A stretch of DNA of 24,776 nt, taken from IMG/VR virus record IMGVR_UViG_3300042894_000328, positions 1 through 24,776 of that record. One strand, written 5' to 3'. Numbering within the stretch: the stretch's first letter is position 1; every line of letters begins with the position of its first letter. A model generated the notes under the pieces. That model was not told the origin of the DNA, ran no database searches, and saw only the letters and a program-made list of their open reading frames with translations. This document shows, piece after piece, positions 7,016 to 15,022 of this stretch. The DNA comes from a virus. Taxonomy: Duplodnaviria; Caudoviricetes. The translations under genes were made by a program, and so were the position numbers.

Positions 7016-7318
7016 ATGGAACTGCTCCGCCCACTGAACGACGCTGGCTTCGCAGCTCAGTCGGTTGCCTACTCCGGCACCGCAGGTTCAACGACTGGCT
7101 GGCCGGCAGGCCCGCAAGGCGTTCTCGTCTGGAGTTCGACCGACGCGTACATTCGCGTTGGCGAAGGCGCAACGGCTACTAGCGCCGATACGCCGGTTCC
7201 AGCAGGTACGCCCATCTTGTTTTACGTTCCGCCCGGCTCTGGCGGCGTGTGGCGCGTCAGCGCGTTGCAGATCGCTACTGGCGGTTTCGTCTACGCCAAG
7301 CCGGTAAACCGAGAGTAG
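7016..7318 (+). CDS. Small beta-rich virion protein, probable head-spike base (100 aa)
   Basis: AAGGGA RBS, jelly-roll-like alternating strands, directly precedes a Gly/hydrophobic anchor ORF and a lectin-like fibre. Confidence 0.55.
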   Translation: MELLRPLNDAGFAAQSVAYSGTAGSTTGWPAGPQGVLVWSSTDAYIRVGEGATATSADTPVPAGTPILFYVPPGSGGVWRVSALQIATGGFVYAKPVNRE

Positions 7319-7319
7319 C

Positions 7320-7580
7320 ATGTACAAGCGTCGCATAGGGGTAGGCGCCGGCCTGATCTCGTACGCGACGCTGCTCGCGGGGCGCGGCGGGAACCGGATT
7401 CCCGCCAGCTCGCCGACCCTTATTCTGGATTTTGTGGGGTATCTCGACCCCAACACGTTCCAGACGGGCAGCACTTTCGACGCCAATTTTGTGGCGACTC
7501 CGAACCCAACGTACACCGTCTACGCGCCCGACCCATCGCAGCCGCAGTCAGGCATCACCAGCTATTTTGTGTGGAACTAA
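7320..7580 (+). CDS. Putative head-fibre anchor peptide (86 aa)
   Basis: N-terminal IGVGAGL and internal PTLILDF. Same frame as the following fibre gene, separated only by TAA-GCT. Confidence 0.55.
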   Translation: MYKRRIGVGAGLISYATLLAGRGGNRIPASSPTLILDFVGYLDPNTFQTGSTFDANFVATPNPTYTVYAPDPSQPQSGITSYFVWN

Positions 7581-7583
7581 GCT

Positions 7584-9206
7584 ATGCCTCTCGTTAGCCG
7601 CACCTTTGACCAGATCATCAATTTCACGCGCACCACTGCGGCTACCTTCACAGGCAGCAACGGCCTTATCCAGACGACGCCGCAGTCGGTAAACCTGCTG
7701 ACCTTCACGCAGGAATTCGACAACGCTGGCTGGACCAAGACCAACGCGACGATTGCGGCGAACAGCATCGTTGCGCCCGACGACACGAACACTGCGGACA
7801 CGATCACTGCTGGTGCAGCCAACGCGACTGTCTTGCAATCGTTCTCTGCGTCGGCAGTTTCGTACACCTTTTCGGTGTGGCTGCGGCGCCTGACCGGCAC
7901 CGGCAACGTCGACATCACTGTTGATGGCACCACCTATACCACAGTGGCCGTTACGAACGCATGGACGCGGTTCCAGACCACCTTGACCCCCGCCGCCGGC
8001 ACCCGCACGGCGGGTATTCGAGTGGTGACGTCGGGCGACGCTGTATACGCATGGGGCGCGCAGCTTCAGACCGGCTCGCCAGCCACGGCGTACACCCGCA
8101 ACTTTGGCGGCCTGTTTCCGCCCCGGTTCGACTTTAACCCGATTACTCTGACGCCGCGCGGCCTGCTTATGGAAGAGCAGCGCACAAATTTGGCTACGCG
8201 AAGCGAAGAGTTTAACGTCGCGCCTTGGACAACAGGCGGCCTTACCGTAACTGCCAACACGACGGTGGCCCCCAACGGCGCTACGACCGCCGACACTTTC
8301 GACGAGGGGTCGACGACCGGCCTTCACCGCGTGTTCCGCACGGACATCAGCGTTACCGCAGGGCCGCAGACGTTTTCGGTTTACGCTAAAGCCGGAACCG
8401 GCGCGTGGTATCAGTTTGTCTTGTTCGACGGCGTCTCCACGTTTTTTGCCAACTTTAATGTTGCCACTGGCGTAACCGGCAACAGATCGGGCAACGTAAC
8501 ATCGTCGGAAATTACACCTGTCGGAAACGGCTGGTATCGTTGCACTGCAACGATGACCATGGCAACTTTTGCGGGTGTTAACTTTCTGCTCAGTATGCTG
8601 CTGGTGGATTCAAACGGCGCCAGCATCAGCTACACAGGCACTAACCGGACGTTGTTCTTCTGGGGCGCGCAGGCTGAAGCTGGCGTCTTCGCTACCAGCT
8701 ACATTCCGACGGTTGCGAGCCAAGTGACGCGGACGGGCGATTTTTCGCTGATCTCTGACCCGAACTTCACGCCTTGGTACAACCAAAGCGAAGGCTCGCT
8801 GTTTGTTGAGGCCGAAAGTTTTAACCCGGGTACGCTCGACATTGCCCGCAGCTCTGTATTGAGCAACGGTCCGACGTTGACTAACCTCATGCAGACATAC
8901 GCGAGCACCGGCGGCTGGGGCGTCGGCGGGGACGCATCGGGCGTTCCGCAGTTTAATTTGCCTCTTGCCGGCACCTATACGCGCAACGTCCCTGCTAAGT
9001 TTGCCTTTGCGTTCCGCGCCAACGATTTTGTTGCGACGGTCAATGGCGCAACGCCGGTGGCAGACACGTCCGGCACGGTTCCGGTGGTGTCGCAGTTTAA
9101 CATCGGCTCGCTGCCGAACGGCAACCAGTTTAATGGTCGCATTCGCCGCATCGTTTTCTACCCGACGCGCCTCTCCAACGCGCAGCTACAGGCTCTGACG
9201 ACATGA
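7584..9206 (+). CDS. Head spike/fibre-type lectin-like protein with two internal carbohydrate-binding-like repeats
   Basis: FTR..AT....GLIQT, PRFD..GLLMEEQRTNL, two NL...EF....W...AP....AD...WGAQ...AT.Y repeats, and a LamG/ConA-like end (NGRIRRIVFYPTRLSNAQLQALT). Confidence 0.75.
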   Translation: MPLVSRTFDQIINFTRTTAATFTGSNGLIQTTPQSVNLLTFTQEFDNAGWTKTNATIAANSIVAPDDTNTADTITAGAANATVLQSFSASAVSYTFSVWLRRLTGTGNVDITVDGTTYTTVAVTNAWTRFQTTLTPAAGTRTAGIRVVTSGDAVYAWGAQLQTGSPATAYTRNFGGLFPPRFDFNPITLTPRGLLMEEQRTNLATRSEEFNVAPWTTGGLTVTANTTVAPNGATTADTFDEGSTTGLHRVFRTDISVTAGPQTFSVYAKAGTGAWYQFVLFDGVSTFFANFNVATGVTGNRSGNVTSSEITPVGNGWYRCTATMTMATFAGVNFLLSMLLVDSNGASISYTGTNRTLFFWGAQAEAGVFATSYIPTVASQVTRTGDFSLISDPNFTPWYNQSEGSLFVEAESFNPGTLDIARSSVLSNGPTLTNLMQTYASTGGWGVGGDASGVPQFNLPLAGTYTRNVPAKFAFAFRANDFVATVNGATPVADTSGTVPVVSQFNIGSLPNGNQFNGRIRRIVFYPTRLSNAQLQALTT

Positions 9207-9493
9207 TCGACCTCTATCTGAAAGCATCCACCGAAGCGGAAATGAACGCCGCGCTGGTTAAGGCCGGCTTGCTCGTCAATATTGACGGGCAACTGCTTCC
9301 GCTCGCTGGCATCAGCGTCGACAACATCGGGCCTTTCGTTCGCTGGGATTATAGCGTCGAGCCGCCGGTCGAAACCAAATACCCCGACTGGCACACGAAT
9401 GTGCGCGCGTACGAGATCACTGACGACCAGATGAAGGTCTTGAAGCCCTTTGTCTTGGTGCCGCCCACGCAGCCTTACCGCGTCTGGGCCTAG
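9203..9493 (+). CDS. Small fibre-associated protein (96 aa)
   Basis: ATGA overlap with the fibre gene. DLYLK, WHTNVR and C-terminal PTQPYRVWA motifs are typical of genes following such fibres. Confidence 0.7.
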   Translation: MIDLYLKASTEAEMNAALVKAGLLVNIDGQLLPLAGISVDNIGPFVRWDYSVEPPVETKYPDWHTNVRAYEITDDQMKVLKPFVLVPPTQPYRVWA

Positions 9494-9496
9494 ATA

Positions 9497-9525
9497 TTGC
9501 CAATCTGCGGCAATCGCTGTAGCTT
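9497..9525 (+). promoter_or_regulatory. Putative promoter TTGCCA-N17-TAGCTT for the scaffold/coat genes
   Basis: Lies in the only sizeable intergenic gap of the head module. Overlaps ATTGCCAAT (9496-9504) and an ATTGCC/GGCAAT inverted repeat. Confidence 0.55.
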
Positions 9526-9579
9526 GGCCGATAACCGTACTGATGCGGAACATCAGGTGACTGGAAAGGTCAATACCAA

Positions 9580-10365
9580 ATGAGCGACAACGCTCCTGAA
9601 CTAGCGGAAGTGCCCGCGCCGGAAATGGATGCCACGGCGGCTCCAGAACCCGTAGATACCTCAACGCCGGAAGAGCAGCCTGTCGAGCAGGAAGCGTCCA
9701 AAACCTTCACACAGGAAGAACTGGACGCGATTGTCGGCAAGCGTCTTGCAAGAGAGCAGCGCAAGTGGGAACGCGAACAGGCTCAACGGCTTTCGGAACA
9801 GCAGGCACGGCAGCAGCCCGCCGATCTGGTCCCGGAGCAGTTTGAAACCTACGAAGATTACGCCGATGCTTTGGCAGAGCGTAAGGCCCAACAGTTGCTG
9901 GCTCGCCGCGAGGCGGAACAGCAGCAGCGTGCACTGGTCGAAGCCTATCACGAGCGTGAAGAGGCCGTTCGGGACAAGTACGACGACTTTGAAATGGTCG
10001 CTTACAACCCCGAGCTTCCCGTCACCGAAGTGATGGCCCGAGCAATTCAAGCGTCTGAGATTGGCCCCGAAGTGCTTTATCACCTCGGCACCAACCCGAA
10101 AGAGGCTGCACGCATCGCGCGTCTTGACCCTATCTTGCAGGCTCGGGAAATTGGAAAGATCGAGGTGCAGCTCGGTGCTGCTCCCCCGGTCAAAAGAACC
10201 TCCAACGCCCCGGCACCGATTGACCCTGTCACGCCACGCGCCTCTGGCGCACCCGTTTTTGACACCACCGACCCCCGCTCGGTCAAAAGCATGAGCACGT
10301 CGGAATGGATTGAGGCGGAACGGCAGCGGCAGATCAAAAAGTACGAGGCACAACGAAACCGCTAA
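9580..10365 (+). CDS. Capsid scaffolding protein
   Basis: Immediately upstream of the coat gene. Acidic disordered N-terminus, KTFTQEELDAIVGKRL, coiled coil, C-terminal MSTSEWIEAER coat-binding-like helix. Confidence 0.85.
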   Translation: MSDNAPELAEVPAPEMDATAAPEPVDTSTPEEQPVEQEASKTFTQEELDAIVGKRLAREQRKWEREQAQRLSEQQARQQPADLVPEQFETYEDYADALAERKAQQLLARREAEQQQRALVEAYHEREEAVRDKYDDFEMVAYNPELPVTEVMARAIQASEIGPEVLYHLGTNPKEAARIARLDPILQAREIGKIEVQLGAAPPVKRTSNAPAPIDPVTPRASGAPVFDTTDPRSVKSMSTSEWIEAERQRQIKKYEAQRNR

Positions 10366-10380
10366 TTTGGGAAGACCACC

Positions 10381-11589
10381 ATGTCCAACTCGATTCTTAC
10401 AATCGACATGATCACGCGGAAGGCTCTGGAAATTCTGGAGAACAACCTCGTGCTCACCCGCAACGTCAACCGTCAGTACGACGACAGCTTCGCTGTCGAA
10501 GGCGCCAAGATCGGTTCGACCCTCCGCATCCGTCTGCCCGACCGTGCACTGGTCACTGACGGCGCTGCCCTTCAGGTGCAGGATGACAACGAGCAGTTCA
10601 CCACGCTGACCGTCGCCAACCAGAAGCACATCGGCGTGAACTTCACCACCGCCGAACTGACAATGCAGCTCGACGACTTCGCCGAGCGCGTTCTCAAGCC
10701 GCGTATCTCGCAGCTTGCTTCGAGCATCGACGCAGACGTCGCCAATGCGTTCCAGACCATCGGCAACTCGGTCGGCACCCCCGGCACCACGCCGGGCACC
10801 TCGGCTGTCCTGCTGGCCGCCCAGCAGAAGCTGAACGAGAACGCCGCTGTGATGTCGCCGCGCTATGCGACCGTCAACCCGGCTGCGAACGCTGGTCTGG
10901 TCGAAGGCATGAAGGGTCTCTTCAACCCGACCGACACCATCAGCAAGCAGTTCAAGAACGGCCTGATGGGCACCGGCGTGCTTGGTTTTGAAGAAATCAA
11001 CATGTCGCAGTCGATCAAGCAGTTCACCACCGGCACGCGCAACGCGACCGGCGGTTCGACCTCCGCAGCCGTCACGGCTGAAGGCGCGACCTCCATCGCC
11101 ATCACTGGCGCTGGCGCGGGCCTGACTGTCCGTGCAGGTGACGTGTTCACCATCAACGGCTGTTTCGCTGTGAACCCGCAGACCCGCGAAAGCACCGGCT
11201 CGCTGTTCCAGTTCGTCGCTCTGACGAACGTGACGCTGGGCGGTTCGGGCGAAGGCACGCTCACCGTGGCTCCGATCTATTCGGCTGGTCACGCGCTTGC
11301 CACCGTCTCGACGCTGCCTGCCAGCGGCCAAGCCGTCGTGTTCGTCGGCGCAGGCGGTCAGCAGTACGCGCAGAACCTTGTGTACCACAAGGACGCGATC
11401 ACCTTCGCCACCGCCGACCTTCTGCTCCCGCAGGGCGTCGACATGGCTTCGCGTCAGGTACACAACGGCATCTCGCTCCGCGTTGTTCGTCAGTACGACA
11501 TCAACAACGACCGCATGCCCTGCCGTATCGACGTGCTGTACGGCTACAGCACCATCCGTCCGCAGATGGCTTGCCGTCTCTGGGGCTAA
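10381..11589 (+). CDS. Major capsid protein, P22 coat (gene 5) family
   Basis: 402 aa, strongest codon bias in the window. MSNSILTIDMIT, KIGSTLRIRLP and RIDVLYG motifs. Confidence 0.93.
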   Translation: MSNSILTIDMITRKALEILENNLVLTRNVNRQYDDSFAVEGAKIGSTLRIRLPDRALVTDGAALQVQDDNEQFTTLTVANQKHIGVNFTTAELTMQLDDFAERVLKPRISQLASSIDADVANAFQTIGNSVGTPGTTPGTSAVLLAAQQKLNENAAVMSPRYATVNPAANAGLVEGMKGLFNPTDTISKQFKNGLMGTGVLGFEEINMSQSIKQFTTGTRNATGGSTSAAVTAEGATSIAITGAGAGLTVRAGDVFTINGCFAVNPQTRESTGSLFQFVALTNVTLGGSGEGTLTVAPIYSAGHALATVSTLPASGQAVVFVGAGGQQYAQNLVYHKDAITFATADLLLPQGVDMASRQVHNGISLRVVRQYDINNDRMPCRIDVLYGYSTIRPQMACRLWG

Positions 11590-11598
11590 CCTGAAACT

Positions 11599-11620
11599 GG
11601 CCCCCGGTTCGCCGGGGGCC
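11599..11620 (+). terminator. 9-bp GC hairpin with UUCG loop after the coat gene (no U-tract; stabiliser or weak terminator)
   Basis: GGCCCCCGG-TTCG-CCGGGGGCC. Confidence 0.6.
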
Positions 11621-11643
11621 GCACCTTCCGAAAGGACATTATC

Positions 11644-12048
11644 ATGACACTTCCCAACGGTGCCGGCGGTTATCAGGTCGGCGATGGCAATCTGAACGAG
11701 GTCATCCTCGGCACGCAGGTTGCCCCCAACACCTACACCGGCGCAGCCACTCTTCTTGTGAGCGATCTTGCGAACGGTCTGGTGGTCTTCAACTCGGGCA
11801 GCGGTGCGAACCTTGCTCTTCCGGCTGTTACTGGTGTTGGCGGCGTCGACGCCGACGTCAGCAGCGCCAAGGTCAACTCGTCCTTCGACTTCGTCCTGTT
11901 GAGCACAGGCGCTGGCGCAGGCACGCTGACCACTGGCACAGGCTGGACGCTGGTCGGTTCGGGCGCAGGTGTTGCTGGTGCAGCGGTCGCATTTCGCGCC
12001 CGCAAGACCGGCGACGGCACCTACACCCTGTACCGCATCGCCAACTGA
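11644..12048 (+). CDS. Probable capsid decoration protein (134 aa)
   Basis: AAGGA RBS, follows the coat gene, Gly/Ala/Thr-rich beta protein with high codon bias. Confidence 0.65.
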   Translation: MTLPNGAGGYQVGDGNLNEVILGTQVAPNTYTGAATLLVSDLANGLVVFNSGSGANLALPAVTGVGGVDADVSSAKVNSSFDFVLLSTGAGAGTLTTGTGWTLVGSGAGVAGAAVAFRARKTGDGTYTLYRIAN

Positions 12049-12050
12049 TT

Positions 12051-12083
12051 GGTTTGCCCCGGCTTTGGCCGGGGCAACCTTTT
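12051..12083 (+). terminator. Intrinsic terminator-like hairpin
   Basis: TTGCCCCGGC-TTTG-GCCGGGGCAA followed by CCTTTT. Confidence 0.65.
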
Positions 12084-12096
12084 GAGGAGAAAGACA

Positions 12097-12510
12097 ATGG
12101 CGAACTCCCAAGCGATTGGCGTTGCCTATGCCGACCAGAACATCGTCGGCGCCGATGTCCTCTATGCCGACGACGAGATCGGCTACACCGCCGCTGCTCG
12201 TGGCGTGGTAACGCAGGGCGTCAGCAAGGCTGAAGCGGTCACGCTGAACAGGTCGGCTGGCACCGTCACCATGAATAACGCGCTGCTCGCAGGAACCACT
12301 TCGGTCACGTTCACGCTGAACAACAGCAAGATTTCGGCCAATGACGCCGTCATCCTGTCGATTGTCGGCGGCACGGCCACCGCTGGCTCCTACACCCTCT
12401 GGGTAACGGGCCTTACGGCTGGTGCAGCAACGATCACGCTGCGGAACATCACCGGCGGCAACCTCAGCGAAGCCGTCGTGTTCAACTTTGTGATTGTGCA
12501 CGCGCTGTAA
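12097..12510 (+). CDS. Probable second capsid decoration/spike protein (137 aa)
   Basis: GAGGAG RBS, ATG at 12097, Ala/Thr/Val-rich beta-sandwich-like sequence. Confidence 0.65.
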   Translation: MANSQAIGVAYADQNIVGADVLYADDEIGYTAAARGVVTQGVSKAEAVTLNRSAGTVTMNNALLAGTTSVTFTLNNSKISANDAVILSIVGGTATAGSYTLWVTGLTAGAATITLRNITGGNLSEAVVFNFVIVHAL

Positions 12511-12515
12511 ATGAT

Positions 12516-12543
12516 ATGGGCGGCCTTCGGGCCGTCCATTTTC
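12516..12543 (+). terminator. Intrinsic terminator with C(UUCG)G loop
   Basis: ATGGGCGGCC-TTCG-GGCCGTCCAT followed by TTT. Confidence 0.75.
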
Positions 12544-12554
12544 GAGAGGCTATT

Positions 12555-12770
12555 ATGGCTGTAATCTACATGGTCCACCCCGTTCACGGCGCTAAGGTCG
12601 CTATCAGCGAGCACGAAGCGAATTCTGATGAAATGGACGGCTGGACGCGCTATGAACCCAGCACGCCTGTTCCGGCGGCAGTGGAAGAAGCGGACGCTCC
12701 GGCGCCCGTCGTCAACGCACTGACGGCTCCCCGGCGCCGTGGACGCCCGCGCCCCGAAACGAAAGAATAA
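12555..12770 (+). CDS. Small protein (71 aa) with C-terminal AT-hook-like RRRGRPR motif
   Basis: GAGG RBS, ATG at 12555. HPVHGAKVA...GW N-terminal domain, Pro/Ala linker. Confidence 0.75.
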   Translation: MAVIYMVHPVHGAKVAISEHEANSDEMDGWTRYEPSTPVPAAVEEADAPAPVVNALTAPRRRGRPRPETKE

Positions 12771-12773
12771 GCC

Positions 12774-13484
12774 ATGACCAGCGCAGGGGACATCATCAAC
12801 GGCTCACTGCGGCTGATCGGCGTTCTGGCTGAAGGCGAAACCCCCTCCGCTGAAACGGCGCAAGACGCGCTGACCGCCATGAACCAGATGATTGATAGCT
12901 GGAACACGGAGCGGCTGTCAGTCTTTGCCACGCAAGATCAGGTGTTCCTCTGGCCGGCAGGTCTGCTGTCGCGCACTCTCGGGCCGACCGGCGATTTCAT
13001 CGGCAACCGGCCGGTGCAGTTGCTCGACAGCACCTATTTCCGCGACCCCGGCACTGGCGTCAGCTACGGCATAAAATTCATCAACCAGCAGCAGTACAAC
13101 GGCATCGCGGTCAAGACCGTGACGTCGACGTACCCGCAGGTCATCTTCGTCAACAACACCTTCCCCGACGTTGAAATGTACGTCTACCCGCGCCCCACGC
13201 GTGCGCTGGAGTGGCATTTCATTTCGGTCGAAGAGCTGACCAAGCCGGCAGTGCTGGCGACCGAGCTGCATTTCCCGCCCGGCTATCTGCGCGCGTTCCG
13301 CTACAACCTCGCGTGCGAGCTGGCGCCGGAGTTCGGCGTCGAGCCGTCGCCGCAGGTCAGCCGCATCGCCATGACCAGCAAGCGCAACCTGAAGCGCATC
13401 AACAACCCGAACGACATCATGTCGATGCCCTATAGCATCGTGGCCACGCGCCAGCGCTTCAACATCTTCGCGGGCAACTACTAA
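12774..13484 (+). CDS. Head-to-tail adaptor (P22 gp4-like / tail tubular A-like)
   Basis: Position before gp10. IINGSLRLIGV...ALTAMNQMIDSW and AFRYNLACELAPEFG motifs. Confidence 0.8.
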   Translation: MTSAGDIINGSLRLIGVLAEGETPSAETAQDALTAMNQMIDSWNTERLSVFATQDQVFLWPAGLLSRTLGPTGDFIGNRPVQLLDSTYFRDPGTGVSYGIKFINQQQYNGIAVKTVTSTYPQVIFVNNTFPDVEMYVYPRPTRALEWHFISVEELTKPAVLATELHFPPGYLRAFRYNLACELAPEFGVEPSPQVSRIAMTSKRNLKRINNPNDIMSMPYSIVATRQRFNIFAGNY

Positions 13485-15022
13485 TGCAGACGCCGATACT
13501 TGGGTCGGCGTACGTTGCTCGCAGCGTCAACGCCGCCGACAACCGCATGATCAATCTGTTCCCAGAGATCGTGCCGGAAGGCGGCCAGATGCCTGCGTTC
13601 CTCAACCGTGCGCCCGGTCTACGCTTCTGGCAGACCGTCGGCAACGGCCCCATTCGCGGGTTGTGGCCGCGCCCGGGCATAAACGGCGGCTTTTATGTGG
13701 TGTCAGGCAACGGCGTATACCTGCTGACGTCGCTGACCGCAGCGCCCGTCCTGCTGGGTAACGTCCCGCACGGCGTCACGCCGGTGTCGATCACGGACAA
13801 CGGCGACCAGATCGTGTTCGTCACCAACCCTGACGCTTTCGTGTACACGCAGAGCACCGGCGTCTTCACGCAGATCATTGACCCCGACTTTCCGGGCGCG
13901 GTGACGGTCGGGTACATCGACGGCTATTTCGTGTTCAACGAGCCGAACAGCCAAAAGATTTGGGTGACGCAGCTTCTCGACGCGACGCAGATCGACCCGC
14001 TCGACTTTGCCAGCGCCGAAGGTGCGCCAGACGGTGTCGTCGGCGTCATCGTCGACCACCGCGAGGTCTGGGTGTTCGGCACCAACAGCACTGAGGTCTG
14101 GTACAACGCCGGCACGCCCGACTTTCCGCTGGCGCGTATTCAGGGCGCCTATAACGAGATCGGTTGCGTCGCGCCGTTCTCCGTCGCCAAGATGGACAAC
14201 AGCGTGTTCTGGCTGGGCCGCGACGCGCGCGGCCAAGGCATCGTCTATCGGGCGGGCGGCTACGTCGGGCAGCGCATCTCGACGCACGCGATTGAATGGC
14301 AAATCCAGCAATACTCCGACATGACGGACGCGGTAGCTTATACCTACCAGCAGGACGGCCACGCCTTCTACGTCCTCAATTTCCCGACCGGCAACACCAC
14401 ATGGGTGTACGATGTCGCGACGGGCGCTTGGCACGAGCGGGCCTATTTTGATCGCGGCGATTTTGAGCGCCACCGTGGCAACTGCCAGTGCAATGTCAAC
14501 GGATATACCATCATTGGCGACTACGAGAACGGCAACATCTACACGTTCGACCTCGACGTGTACGCCGACAACGGCACGACCCAGAAATGGCTGCGGTCTT
14601 GGCGCGCGCTGCCGACCGGCTCGAACAATCTGCGCCGCACGGCGCAGCACTCGCTGCAACTGAACTGCGAGACAGGCGTCGGCCTGAATGGCATCCCGCC
14701 GGGCAACACGCCGCCGGACGAGCCATTTACGCTTGACCTCGACTTCATTGACGGCGAGTATCTCTTCCCCGGTTCAATCCCGACCGTGCAGGGCGCTGAC
14801 CCGCAGGTCATGCTGCGCTGGTCGGACGATGGCGGTCACACATGGTCGAACGAGCATTGGGTGTCGATTGGTAAGATCGGCCAGTACGGACGTCGCGCCA
14901 TCTGGCGCCGTCTCGGCATGACGCTCAAGCTGCGCGACCGCGTCTACGAGGTGTCCGGCTCTGACCCCGTCAAGCTGACCATCGTCGGCGCCGAACTGGT
15001 GTTGAGCGGCACCAATGGCTGA
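13484..15022 (+). CDS. Tail hub / DNA stabilisation protein (P22 gp10-like)
   Basis: 512-aa beta-propeller-like protein. DPLDFASAEG, YQQDGHAFYVL, PQVMLRWSDDGGHTWSNE and IWRRLG motifs. Confidence 0.88.
   Translation: MQTPILGSAYVARSVNAADNRMINLFPEIVPEGGQMPAFLNRAPGLRFWQTVGNGPIRGLWPRPGINGGFYVVSGNGVYLLTSLTAAPVLLGNVPHGVTPVSITDNGDQIVFVTNPDAFVYTQSTGVFTQIIDPDFPGAVTVGYIDGYFVFNEPNSQKIWVTQLLDATQIDPLDFASAEGAPDGVVGVIVDHREVWVFGTNSTEVWYNAGTPDFPLARIQGAYNEIGCVAPFSVAKMDNSVFWLGRDARGQGIVYRAGGYVGQRISTHAIEWQIQQYSDMTDAVAYTYQQDGHAFYVLNFPTGNTTWVYDVATGAWHERAYFDRGDFERHRGNCQCNVNGYTIIGDYENGNIYTFDLDVYADNGTTQKWLRSWRALPTGSNNLRRTAQHSLQLNCETGVGLNGIPPGNTPPDEPFTLDLDFIDGEYLFPGSIPTVQGADPQVMLRWSDDGGHTWSNEHWVSIGKIGQYGRRAIWRRLGMTLKLRDRVYEVSGSDPVKLTIVGAELVLSGTNG

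Noticed and set aside
7584-9206. Diversity-generating retroelement or invertible cassette acting on the fibre
   Set aside because: The internal repeats are old protein-level duplications. No reverse transcriptase, TR/VR pair or invertase is in the window.
9661-12501. 946-aa antisense ORF spanning scaffold, coat and decoration genes
   Set aside because: The sense genes happen to share one frame, so their antisense shadow stays open. The sequence has typical shadow composition.
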